A stretch of DNA of 58,905 bases from Thermoplasmatota archaeon (lineage in GTDB: Archaea > Thermoplasmatota > JAKEGO01 > JANQNJ01): the NCBI GenBank assembly GCA_028279645.1, contig JANQNJ010000002.1:1-58905 (forward strand). The letters run 5' to 3'. Below the pieces are notes generated by a model, which did no database searches, had not been told where the DNA came from, and was given only the letters and a program-made list of their open reading frames with translations. A program made the position numbers and the translations under genes. Shown here piece after piece: positions 1 to 8,538 of this stretch. Each line of letters starts with the position of its first letter. The stretch's first letter is position 1.

Positions 1-206
1 TGGGCGAGGACGTCGGCAAGCTGCGCGACGAGATGATGAAGCTCCGCGACAACCTCGGCGACATCAAGGTCGAGGTGCGTGCAGCCACCCCGGCCGGCGA
101 GATCGAGGCAGAGGTGGAGGCGGAGCCCGTAGAGGCCGAGGAAGCGCCTAAAGAGGAGAAGAAGGTCATCAAGAAGAAGAAGACCTTCAAGAAGAAGAAG
201 AAATAA
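1..206 (+). CDS. 3' end of a hypothetical protein whose start lies upstream of the window (acidic coiled-coil-like segment, Lys-rich tail)
   Basis: Frame open from window edge (codons from nt 3): GEDVGKLRDEMMKLRDNLGDIKVEV...EEKKVIKKKKTFKKKKK, TAA at 204-206. Absent from the ORF track only because it has no start codon in the window. Confidence 0.5.
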   Translation, partial: GEDVGKLRDEMMKLRDNLGDIKVEVRAATPAGEIEAEVEAEPVEAEEAPKEEKKVIKKKKTFKKKKK

Positions 207-391
207 GCGTCCAGAATCGGTCCCGACAACGCTTGTAATATTCCATCATTTAGCCTGCAAGAGATTCTGGACTAAACCGGCCTTTTCTTGGCATGTTAAT
301 CGTATAGATACGAAAAGGTATGACGTGGCTGACGGAATATGCTGATATTCACAATGATATCGCTTTCAGGTCCGTTGACCGGAGGCGATGA

Positions 392-574
392 TCATCGCAT
401 ATAGTACATTCCGTGGCGGCGGAGCATCTTTCGATCTTCGACCCACTTGTCGAGCTGCTCCTTCGGGTCGGGGCCGCCAAGCTCCCCGAGGATGCGCTCC
501 ATGTCCTCCTCGAGGATGTTCGTATGGACCGGTAGAGCGACGAAAAGCCTGCCCCAGAGCTCCTGATCATCCAT
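392..574 (-). CDS. small hypothetical protein (60 aa)
   Basis: ATG at 574; MDDQELWGRLFVALPVHTNILEEDMERILGELGGPDPKEQLDKWVEDRKMLRRHGMYYMR. Lies 60 nt downstream of and co-directional with the GyrI-like gene. The longer track ORF (to 910) overlaps that gene and is rejected. Confidence 0.3.
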   Translation of the reverse strand: MDDQELWGRLFVALPVHTNILEEDMERILGELGGPDPKEQLDKWVEDRKMLRRHGMYYMR

Positions 575-633
575 ATGGTCACCTACGTATTTGACCTTTG
601 GAACGATGTATCGGCTACTTGATCCCAACGGGT

Positions 634-1167
634 TCAGAGGAAAAAAGCAGGTGTGAACGACTTCTTCGGCGTCTCCTTGACCGGTATCTGGATCTCCACC
701 TCGCCCAGTCCGTCGACGGGCTCCTTGTTGTAGATCTCCAGACAGGGGCCGTTGGGCTCGTACCCCTTGCTGAACAGCCAGCCCATCATCTCGGAGTAGG
801 CCCGGTCGATGTCGGACATCGAGCCTATGTATGTTGCCTTGGCTGTCAGCCGGCTCTTGATGTGGCCCTTTCTGACCTCGACATCGGTGGTCTCGCCTTC
901 GGGTGCACATTCATCCGGGCAGGGGTTCACGGTCTCGGGAGCGTTCCGGGCGTCGATGCCGACCATGGCCCAGCTCTTCATCCTGTCGTTGGGAGTGGAC
1001 TCGGGATCGGAAAAATACTGACCCATTGTGGGCCCGGTGGGAAGGACCTCGTTATCGTCGAGATAGTGGAATAACATCTGGAACGTATGGCATATCTCGT
1101 CGTAAGGACCTCTGTGCTCCACGTACATGAAGTCGATGGAGCCGCTCTCCTCTATCTCGATCTCCAT
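634..1167 (-). CDS. GyrI-like (AraC effector-binding / SOUL-like fold) small-molecule-binding protein
   Basis: 177 aa. The pattern ...YVEHRGPYDEI...F..L..YL.......GP.MG.Y.DP...P......W...V.I... and the C-terminal PCLEIY.....DGLGEVEIQIPV are typical of GyrI-like domain duplications. Confidence 0.7.
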   Translation of the reverse strand: MEIEIEESGSIDFMYVEHRGPYDEICHTFQMLFHYLDDNEVLPTGPTMGQYFSDPESTPNDRMKSWAMVGIDARNAPETVNPCPDECAPEGETTDVEVRKGHIKSRLTAKATYIGSMSDIDRAYSEMMGWLFSKGYEPNGPCLEIYNKEPVDGLGEVEIQIPVKETPKKSFTPAFFL

Positions 1168-1271
1168 CTTTCGCCCCCGCTATCTGGTATTATTAATATT
1201 CCCCTTCTAACTACATAATACCTTCGAATCGGGGCGATTTCGCCGTTTTCCGCCGATTCGTGGATTTATAA

Positions 1272-1292
1272 GTGTTTTTTTATAAAAAACAC
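1272..1292. promoter_or_regulatory. AT-rich near-palindrome containing a TATA-like box in the divergent GyrI-like/FAH intergenic region
   Basis: gtgtttttt-tat-aaaaaacac has 9-nt arms and a central TTTATAAA. Confidence 0.3.
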
Positions 1293-1337
1293 GAGTGTGG
1301 AGGGCCGCCGTCCTTGGGAAGGCGGCCCTCGGTAAGA

Positions 1338-1445
1338 AGTGGTATGGGACTCTTACCTCGTCCGTCGGGCGGGTCCGAACTTCATACAGGCATGGGTCCA
1401 AGCAATTTTCAAGCATGGGCGTCGTCGCCGCACCGCCAATCTTTA
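1338..1445. repeat. copy A of a degenerate ~67-bp tandem intergenic repeat family
   Basis: ...cctcGTCCGTCGGGCGGGTCCGAACttcatacagGCATGGGTCCAAGCaaTTTTCaagcatGGGCGTCGTCGccg... shares long blocks with the loci at 44881-45020 and 57845-58075. Confidence 0.75.
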
Positions 1446-1471
1446 TGATTCCGAACGTCGTTGCCACGCTC

Positions 1472-2131
1472 ATGTGGCTCGATGTCATTGGAAGCGATGA
1501 CCGTATCCGGATCAACAACATCATCTGCCTGGCACGTACCTACAGGAAGCACGCCGAGGAGCTCGGGAACGTCGTACCCGATGAACCCGTGGTATTCCTG
1601 AAGCCGAACTCGGCCGCCATCGCCAACGGTGAGAGCATCGTCGTTCCGGATGACATCGGAGCGGTGCACCACGAGGTCGAGCTGGGCGTCGTCATCGGCC
1701 TGGAGGGGCACAAGATACCCGAGGAGAGGGCGCTCGATCATGTCCTAGGCTACAACGTTGTCCTGGACCTGACGGCAAGGGACATCCAGAGCCAGCTCAA
1801 GGAGAAGCGCCTGCCGTGGGCGCGGGCGAAGGGCTTCGACACCTTCGCGCCGATGTCGGCGGTCAGGTCGAAGGCCGAGATCGAGGACCCACATAACCTC
1901 GGTGTCAGGTGCACCGTCGCCGGCGAGGTTAGGCAGGATTCCAACACCAGCTACATGATATTCACGATACCGCAGATGATCGCCTACATATCGAACTTCA
2001 TGACATTGCAGAGGGGGGACGTCATCGCAACCGGCACTCCGGAGGGGGTGGGGCCGATCGTTCCCGGGAACAGGATCGTCGGCGAGATCGAGGGAGTGGG
2101 CAGGCTGGAGTGTCCGGTGGACAGAGAATGA
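1472..2131 (+). CDS. fumarylacetoacetate hydrolase (FAH) family protein (2-keto-4-pentenoate hydratase / oxaloacetate decarboxylase-like)
   Basis: NIICLARTYRKHAEELG...PVVFLKPNSA...HHEVELGVVIG...GYNVVLDLTARDIQ...PWARAKGFDTFAPMS...MIFTIPQMIAYISNFMTLQRGDVIATGTPEGVG are FAH-family motifs. The track ORF starts at 1295, but the first ~59 codons run through an intergenic repeat. ATG 1472 (or 1445) fits short FAH proteins. Confidence 0.85.
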   Translation: MWLDVIGSDDRIRINNIICLARTYRKHAEELGNVVPDEPVVFLKPNSAAIANGESIVVPDDIGAVHHEVELGVVIGLEGHKIPEERALDHVLGYNVVLDLTARDIQSQLKEKRLPWARAKGFDTFAPMSAVRSKAEIEDPHNLGVRCTVAGEVRQDSNTSYMIFTIPQMIAYISNFMTLQRGDVIATGTPEGVGPIVPGNRIVGEIEGVGRLECPVDRE

Positions 2132-2205
2132 GATCAACGGGATACAGCCTTCGCTATTATTGTTGTCGTATTCAGTATCTTAACCGCCGGCGCCCTTCGC
2201 CGGGG

Positions 2206-2820
2206 TCACCATATCGGCACTACGCTCAGTACGAAGTAGACACCGAAGACCGACAGAAGAAGGCCGCAGCCTCCGAAAACGAGGATGTGGGTCCTCTTCG
2301 TCCAGAACTTCCTGGACCTGTATGTGGTGTACGCAACGAAGTATTCCCAGACGAGGTCGCAAGCCTCGTGGACGATGATGAAAAGAACGAGCCCGATGGC
2401 GCCGAACTCCAGGGCCGCCAGTATGAGGGCCGCACCTACAGTGGCCCACCAGAGGAAGAGATACGGGTTCGATATCGTCGTGATGACCCCTGCGAAGAAG
2501 GCGTGGGTCGGGAAGGCCTCGTCCATGGCCTTCGTGTCCTCGCGCATCATGAACATCCTTGTTCCCATGTAGATGAGCGAGGCGCCGCCTGCGAGGCCGA
2601 TACCCATCTTGACCTCGTCGGCCTTGAGAAGATAGTGGAAGCCAGCGGCGATGGCCAGGATCAGCGGAACTTCAACGACCAGATGGCCAGCGGCGATCCA
2701 GGCCCCTGCGTGCTTGTCCTTCGCCCCCTTCACGATGGCGGCGGCGAATACGGGGCCGGGCATCATCACTCCTGAAAGAGAGATGAAGGCCACCATGAAC
2801 AGGAACAGGACTATCTCCAT
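2206..2820 (-). CDS. LysE/RhtB-family amino-acid exporter
   Basis: About six hydrophobic helices. N-terminal ...ISLSGVMMPGPVF... (family PGP motif). ATG at 2820; the track start at 2835 is TTG. Confidence 0.8.
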   Translation of the reverse strand: MEIVLFLFMVAFISLSGVMMPGPVFAAAIVKGAKDKHAGAWIAAGHLVVEVPLILAIAAGFHYLLKADEVKMGIGLAGGASLIYMGTRMFMMREDTKAMDEAFPTHAFFAGVITTISNPYLFLWWATVGAALILAALEFGAIGLVLFIIVHEACDLVWEYFVAYTTYRSRKFWTKRTHILVFGGCGLLLSVFGVYFVLSVVPIW

Positions 2821-2877
2821 GCTTGGTGCAGACAATACGGTGTATTTATCTTGTTTGGATATTAGATTTAAGCTGCT

Positions 2878-3414
2878 TCAGGCGTCGATCTTGCCCTGGA
2901 GCACCCGCTTGAACGCCTTCGTCGACCTGTCGTCGAACAGCACGAAGACGACGAGAGCGAGATCGCCGGTACCCGTACCCTCCCCGTGGGCGATCGCCTC
3001 GGATATCATGATCTCGGCTGCATCGTCGGCGTCGAACCCGCCGACGCCGGTGCCAAGGGCGGGGAAGGCGATGCTCTCCAGGCCCAGCTTGCTGGCGATC
3101 TGGAGCGAATGGCACGTGGCCTCGGAGATCTTCGTCGCATCGGTCTGAAGGTCCTGGCCCATGGCTGCAGCATGGATGACATACTTGATCGGGAGATCTC
3201 CGGCCGTGGTCTCCACAGCACCGCCGATGGGGATCGGACCTTTTGCGACCGCCTCCTTCTCTATCTGCTGGCCGCCCTTGCGCTTGATGGCGCCGGCGAC
3301 GCCGGAGCCCATCCAGAGATGGTTGTTGGCGGCGTTGACGATGGCGTCGGTGGTCTCGTTGGTGATGTCGCCCTGCTTGATCTCTATCGTCAGACTTCCG
3401 AACTTCCCTTCCAT
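2878..3414 (-). CDS. macro-domain protein (ADP-ribose / O-acetyl-ADP-ribose hydrolase, Af1521-like)
   Basis: 178 aa from ATG 3414: ...IKQGDITNETTDAIVNAANNHLWMGSGVAGAIKRKGG...VIHAAAMG...IAFPALGTGVGGF are classic macro-domain motifs. The upstream part of track ORF 2878..3591 is Arg/Pro-rich and discarded. Confidence 0.85.
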   Translation of the reverse strand: MEGKFGSLTIEIKQGDITNETTDAIVNAANNHLWMGSGVAGAIKRKGGQQIEKEAVAKGPIPIGGAVETTAGDLPIKYVIHAAAMGQDLQTDATKISEATCHSLQIASKLGLESIAFPALGTGVGGFDADDAAEIMISEAIAHGEGTGTGDLALVVFVLFDDRSTKAFKRVLQGKIDA

Positions 3415-3475
3415 AATCACGCCCTCTGCAAGTTCGCATTCGGTACGTGTGATAAGTATGTAACCCCGAGGAGGT

Positions 3476-4915
3476 TCAGAGGTGGATCGCCTTCGTCCTG
3501 GTGTAACCGGCCAGGCCCTCGAGCCCGAGCTCCTTGCCGAGGCCGCTCTGACGGAAGCCGCCGAATGGGACGGCAAGGTCAATGGCCGCATGCTTGTTGA
3601 TCCAGACCGTGCCTGCTTCCAGTCGTCCAGCGATATCCAGGGCCTTCTTGGCGTCTGCAGACCAGACGGAGGCTCCTAGCCCGTACTCGGTGGCGTTGGC
3701 CGCCTCGACGGCATCGTCGATATCGGAGAACGACATGATCGGTACCACGGGGCCAAACTGCTCCTCGGCCACGCTGCGCATGTCATCCACTACGTCTACG
3801 AGAACTGTCGGTGGATAGAAAAAACCGAACATGCCCGGACCGAACTGCTCCGGGATCGGCGTCTTCCCGCCGACCAGCGCCTTCGCCCCGTTGTCGAGGG
3901 CGTCGTCAACGAGCATCTCGATCCGTTTCTCCTGATACAGGTTCTGGATGGGCCCCATCTGCGTATCGCTCAGAGAGGGGTCGCCCACCAGCAGGTTCGA
4001 GGCTGTCTCGACGTACTTGCCCACGAACTCATCGTAGATCGCATCGTGAACATACAGCCGCTTGATGGCGATGCAGATCTGACCCGCGTTGGTGAAGCTG
4101 CTCCAGAAGACCGAACCGAGTTTGGACATATCGAAGTCGTCCATGATGATGGCTGGATCGTTCCCGCCGAGCTCGAGAGTGACCGCCTTCAGCGTACCGG
4201 AGGCGCCGCACATGACCTCCCTGCCCGTCTCGATGTGCCCAGTGAACGATACCTTTGCGATATCGGGTGACGAAACAAGCCGTCTGCCGGCATCGTCCAG
4301 GCCGGTTACCACGTTCACGGCCCCTTCGGGGAGGTGCTCGGATGCAATGAAACAGGCACGTGATACCGCAAGGGGGGCGGTGGGGGCGGGCTTCACGACG
4401 ATGGGATTGCCCGCTAGAAGCGCCGGAGCGCATTTCCAGGCGAATACTGTCAGTGGATAGTTCCATGGAAGGATGAGGGCCGATGGGCCGACCGGAACGC
4501 TTTCAAGAAGCGTCTTCGCATCCTCCGCGGGTGGGCCCTCGACGCACGTGTTGTCAGAGAGAAGATGCGATATCGGCTCGAACGGCGCCTCGGCGTAGTG
4601 CCGGAACGTCGCCGCCGCGCCTTTCACCTCGCGCCTTGCCTGCGCGGTCGGCTTGCCCACCTCGGACACGAGCAGTTCCGTCAAGAGCTCGATGCCGTCA
4701 ACGATCGCCTCTGATATTCGCATCAACGCGGCGCGCCGCTCCGCGAGCGGCGTGCCGGACCAGGATGGAAAAGCATTGCTGGCCGAAGCGATGGCGTTGT
4801 CGATCGTGCCCTTCTTGGAGTCAGTTACGACGCCGACGACGTCCAGCGTGGCCGGGTTCACGACCTCCATGGTCCCGTCGGCGCTCTCGTCAACAGTGAT
4901 ATCCTCGTCGTCCAT
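3476..4915 (-). CDS. NAD(P)+-dependent aldehyde dehydrogenase
   Basis: VVNPATLDVVG..., FPSWS..., ILPWNYPL, FTGHIETGREV, LELGGNDPAII, catalytic-Cys region NAGQICIAIKRLYVH, and EQFGPVVPIMSF. Start is ATG 4915, or GTG 4942 which overlaps the upstream stop as GTGA. Confidence 0.9.
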   Translation of the reverse strand: MDDEDITVDESADGTMEVVNPATLDVVGVVTDSKKGTIDNAIASASNAFPSWSGTPLAERRAALMRISEAIVDGIELLTELLVSEVGKPTAQARREVKGAAATFRHYAEAPFEPISHLLSDNTCVEGPPAEDAKTLLESVPVGPSALILPWNYPLTVFAWKCAPALLAGNPIVVKPAPTAPLAVSRACFIASEHLPEGAVNVVTGLDDAGRRLVSSPDIAKVSFTGHIETGREVMCGASGTLKAVTLELGGNDPAIIMDDFDMSKLGSVFWSSFTNAGQICIAIKRLYVHDAIYDEFVGKYVETASNLLVGDPSLSDTQMGPIQNLYQEKRIEMLVDDALDNGAKALVGGKTPIPEQFGPGMFGFFYPPTVLVDVVDDMRSVAEEQFGPVVPIMSFSDIDDAVEAANATEYGLGASVWSADAKKALDIAGRLEAGTVWINKHAAIDLAVPFGGFRQSGLGKELGLEGLAGYTRTKAIHL

Positions 4916-4938
4916 TTGGTATCCGCCCCGGTGTCGAT

Positions 4939-5946
4939 TCACATCTTCCAGAACTTCGATGCAAGCTCTCTCACGTCTCCGACGATGCGGGAGCCCTCGC
5001 GGTTCTCGGCCCAGTCCATCGGTTCTACCGCGGGCGTCTTGTCGGTGCCGACGGCGATCATGGCGGCGCCGACCTCGGCCATGATGTCGAGGTTGTAGCC
5101 GCCTTCAAGATAGAAGGCCAGCCTGCCGGCGCAGACCTCGTTGGCGATAGCAATAAGGTCGTTCACCGTCTCCATGTAGCCTTCGGATGAGAGTCCGAGG
5201 CCGGTGAGCGGGTCGTGCTTGTGGGCGTCCATACCCACGCTCACGAGCATGAGGTCAGGCTTGAACTCCGCGATGACCGGCGTGACGACCCGGTCCATGG
5301 CGGCTGCGAACGAGCTGTCGCCACATCCCATGACGAATGGGAAGTTGAGGGTGAAGCCGGACCCCTCCCCCCGCCCCAGGTCGACCCCCGCACCGGTGCC
5401 GGGGAAGATGCCGTAATGATGGGTCGACATGTAAAGGACGTCGGGACGCTCCAGGAAGATGTCGCTGGTACCGTTGCCGTGGTGCCCGTCGATATCGATG
5501 ACGGCCACGCGGTCCACGTCGCCCCGGGAGAGGGCGTGCTCTGCAGCAATGGCGATGTTGTTGAAGTAGCAGAAGCCGCCGCCGTAGTCCTTTCCGGCAT
5601 GGTGGCCCGGAGGCCTCATGAGCCCCATGCAGAGATCGCCGTTCATCGCGGTCTCGGCGGCGAGCACGCCGCCGCCTGCCGCGAGGCGCGCTATCTGCGT
5701 CGTGTCGGGATGAACGAACGTATCGGGATCGTAGGAGCCCTCGCCGATGGAGTCGATCCTGGCGATGTAGTCCGGGTCGTGGACCCTGGCCAGGAGCTCC
5801 TCGTCCACCGGCTCCGGTGTGAGTACCTCGGGCTCGATCTCCTCGGTCTTGAGACGGGCCATCAGGGAGACTAGCCGCTCGGGGCGCTCCGGATGGCCGG
5901 GATACTGGTTGTGATCGACATATCTCGGATGATATACTACCTTCAT
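4939..5946 (-). CDS. histone deacetylase-family Zn-dependent deacylase (AcuC / acetylpolyamine amidohydrolase-like)
   Basis: RPPGHHA, GFCYFNNIAIAA, VAVIDIDGHHGNGT, MSTHHYGIFPGTG, VSVGMDAHKHDPL, and LEGGYN are arginase/HDAC-superfamily signatures. Confidence 0.9.
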   Translation of the reverse strand: MKVVYHPRYVDHNQYPGHPERPERLVSLMARLKTEEIEPEVLTPEPVDEELLARVHDPDYIARIDSIGEGSYDPDTFVHPDTTQIARLAAGGGVLAAETAMNGDLCMGLMRPPGHHAGKDYGGGFCYFNNIAIAAEHALSRGDVDRVAVIDIDGHHGNGTSDIFLERPDVLYMSTHHYGIFPGTGAGVDLGRGEGSGFTLNFPFVMGCGDSSFAAAMDRVVTPVIAEFKPDLMLVSVGMDAHKHDPLTGLGLSSEGYMETVNDLIAIANEVCAGRLAFYLEGGYNLDIMAEVGAAMIAVGTDKTPAVEPMDWAENREGSRIVGDVRELASKFWKM

Positions 5947-6099
5947 GTGATCTGTTCAAGATAGCCCTAGGCGGTTATTGAACCTTTCCCAGCCCGGCGG
6001 CCTGACCTGTATCTGGGGGGTTGGTAGACCAGCCTCTATCAATCAGTATATATAACCGGCTGGTCCATTCACCGCCATAGACCGCATGGCCTTGATCCT

Positions 6100-6906
6100 A
6101 TGGCTGACACCAAGAAGATGTTCAATAACATCCTGATAGCCACGGACGGGTCCCCGAGGATGAGGGATGCCATCTCGTACGCGGGGAACCTTTTCCTTTT
6201 CTCCCAGTTCCACGTGCTCACCTGCGTCGATACCAACGTGGGGAGCCTGCATCAACCCAGCTTTCTGATAAAGATACTTGAGGAGCGGGCCGAGCTTGCG
6301 CTCCATGAGGCGGAGGACATACTGGGAGAGGTCGGAATAGATCCGATCGTGGTCCACGAGAAGGGAGATCCCGCCAAGGCGATCCTCCGCTACATCGACA
6401 AGGAGCACATCGACCTGATGGTGCTAGGGACCACGACCAGCGCTGGTTTCCAGAGGATCACGTTCGGAAGGGTGGGGGACAAGGTGGCGAAGAAGGCGAA
6501 GTGTCCCGTGCTCGTGATAAGCGGACCGGTGGACCCGCACGTCAACAGCATACTGAACCCAACCGACGGTCAGACGCACTCGGTGGAGGCGGGAGAGACG
6601 GCGATCAGGCTGGCCAAGTACTTCAACGCCAAACTGACGAAGTTCTACGTCGGAAGCGACCTTGACGAGGGCAGGCGGATCGTGAAGGAGGCGGAGGCAA
6701 AAGCGAAGAAGCTCGGCGTCAAGGAGGTGGGGAGCATCGAGATCGTCAAGGGGGATCCGGCCGCCCAGATCCTGGATATCGGGAAGGAGTACGATCTGAT
6801 AGTGATGGGGAATGGGCGGAGGGGATATCTCTGCAGGGACACTCTGTGCATCACCTCCAGGGAGGTCGCCGCAATGGCGCCTGCGCCCGTGATACTCGTC
6901 AGCTGA
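6100..6906 (+). CDS. tandem universal stress protein (UspA-family) domains
   Basis: Two Usp repeats: ...NILIATDGS...DLMVLGTTTSAGFQRITFGRVGDKVAKKAKCPVLVI and ...ILNPTDGQ...YDLIVMGNGRRG...SREVAAMAPAPVILV. Confidence 0.85.
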   Translation: MADTKKMFNNILIATDGSPRMRDAISYAGNLFLFSQFHVLTCVDTNVGSLHQPSFLIKILEERAELALHEAEDILGEVGIDPIVVHEKGDPAKAILRYIDKEHIDLMVLGTTTSAGFQRITFGRVGDKVAKKAKCPVLVISGPVDPHVNSILNPTDGQTHSVEAGETAIRLAKYFNAKLTKFYVGSDLDEGRRIVKEAEAKAKKLGVKEVGSIEIVKGDPAAQILDIGKEYDLIVMGNGRRGYLCRDTLCITSREVAAMAPAPVILVS

Positions 6907-6938
6907 CATTCACTAAGATATCAATGATGGGATAGGAA

Positions 6939-8462
6939 ATGGACCGATACTGGAAGAAGTTCGGACGATGGATGCCGCTGCTGGCCTTCGCCCTGATCAC
7001 GGCCATGGTCGTCGCACAGATGGTCCTGCCGTCCGAAGATAGCGAGGACCGTGACCGGACGTTCTACGGCGCCGATGCTTCAAGCGGTTTCCAGGCGCCG
7101 GGGAACGGAACAGGCGGTAACGGGACAGGGGGCCAGATAGAAAAAGACACCACGTCAGGCGGGAAGGTCTTCTCCGACACCGACAAGGCCGTGATCCTGA
7201 TCATCTTCATCGCCACGTACATCATGATCTTCTCGGAGAAGGTGCATCGCACCACTGCCGCCATGTGCGGCGCCATCGCGGTCCTGTTATACGGAGAGTA
7301 TCAGGAGGTCTTCTCGGAGGCGGAGATATTCGGCCTTGTGAAGATCGACATAATCGGCCTGCTAATGGGGATGATGATGCTGGTCGGCATCCTCAGCCGG
7401 ACCGGCTTCTTCGAGTTCGTCGCGGTGAAGATGGCCGTCTATTCCAGGGGCAGGCCCTGGAAGCTCTATCTCCTTCTGGGAGTGTCTGCGGCCTTCCTCT
7501 CCATGATCGTGGACAATATCACCACTGTCCTTCTCATGGTCCCGCTGATAATCGAGATCACCAACAAGCTGCATATCAGCCCGAAGCCGCTGTTCATCGG
7601 GGTAGCGATCCTGTCGAACATCGGCGGCCTCGGAACGATGATCGGGGATCCGCCGAACATCCTGATCGCATCGTATGCTGATCTGACGTTCATCGACTTC
7701 ATCGTCCACCTCTTGCCCGCCGCCCTGGTCCTGCTCGCCGCCGCCCTACTGTACTCGAAGTTCGTCTACAGGGGCTGGAGCAGAACGGAACCGGAGAGGG
7801 TCGAGGAGGTCCTGGAGATGGACGCCTGGAGCGTTCTCCGGGACCCGAAGGGGATGAAGGTCAACGTGGCAATTCTCCTCGGCACGATATTCTTCTTCTT
7901 CATCCATGAACCGCTAGGCATCACGCCGGCGGCGGTGGCGCTGGCGGGGGGCGGGGTGGCGTTGTTCGTGAGCCGAATAGATCCATACAGGGCCCTGGGA
8001 GCCGTCGAATGGCCGACGCTGATGTTCTTTGCCAGCCTGTTCGTCCTCATCGGGGCGGTGGAGGATATCGGAATGATGGACAGCGTTGCCTCCGGGATCG
8101 AGACCGTCTCGGGTTCGGACATGATCATCGCCGCGATGATGATCCTCTGGATATCTGCATTCCTGTCCTCGTTCCTGGACAACGTCCCGCTGGCTGCAGC
8201 TTTGATCCCGGTCATCCTGCGCATGGGTGCCGGCGGTATGGAGATCGGCCTTCTATGGTGGGCCCTGGCCATGGGCGTCATGCTCGGGGGGAACGCCAGC
8301 CCGGTAGGGTCTACGGCCGGCGTGATAGTCACGGGACTGAGCGACAAGTTCGGGCACCGTATCACGATGAGGGAATGGGTAGTGGTCAACCTGCCGCTGG
8401 CGATAATAACATTGTCGATCGCGTCACTGGTGCTGGTGGTCCAGGGCTGGTACTTCTACTGA
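6939..8462 (+). CDS. ArsB/NhaD-superfamily (CitMHS / YbiR-like) ion permease
   Basis: Polytopic membrane protein with ...LSMIVDNITTVLLMVPL..., NIGGLGTMIGDPPNILIA, and a second half ...FLSSFLDNVPLAAALIP. It follows the Usp gene, a common pairing. N-terminal Gly/Asn/Thr-rich exposed stretch (GNGTGGNGTGG). Confidence 0.8.
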   Translation: MDRYWKKFGRWMPLLAFALITAMVVAQMVLPSEDSEDRDRTFYGADASSGFQAPGNGTGGNGTGGQIEKDTTSGGKVFSDTDKAVILIIFIATYIMIFSEKVHRTTAAMCGAIAVLLYGEYQEVFSEAEIFGLVKIDIIGLLMGMMMLVGILSRTGFFEFVAVKMAVYSRGRPWKLYLLLGVSAAFLSMIVDNITTVLLMVPLIIEITNKLHISPKPLFIGVAILSNIGGLGTMIGDPPNILIASYADLTFIDFIVHLLPAALVLLAAALLYSKFVYRGWSRTEPERVEEVLEMDAWSVLRDPKGMKVNVAILLGTIFFFFIHEPLGITPAAVALAGGGVALFVSRIDPYRALGAVEWPTLMFFASLFVLIGAVEDIGMMDSVASGIETVSGSDMIIAAMMILWISAFLSSFLDNVPLAAALIPVILRMGAGGMEIGLLWWALAMGVMLGGNASPVGSTAGVIVTGLSDKFGHRITMREWVVVNLPLAIITLSIASLVLVVQGWYFY

Positions 8463-8538
8463 GATCGACGACGCTGGGACAGCGCCACGGCTAAAGCTGT
8501 TTGAAATTCTCGGGTAGCTACCGGAAGGAGTGGTCTGC

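Noticed and set aside
1295-1471. N-terminal 59 codons of track ORF 1295..2131 (FAH)
   Set aside because: This stretch coincides with a 10-bp hairpin and a copy of the intergenic 67-bp repeat that also occurs in clearly non-coding contexts. FAH homology begins only after M60.
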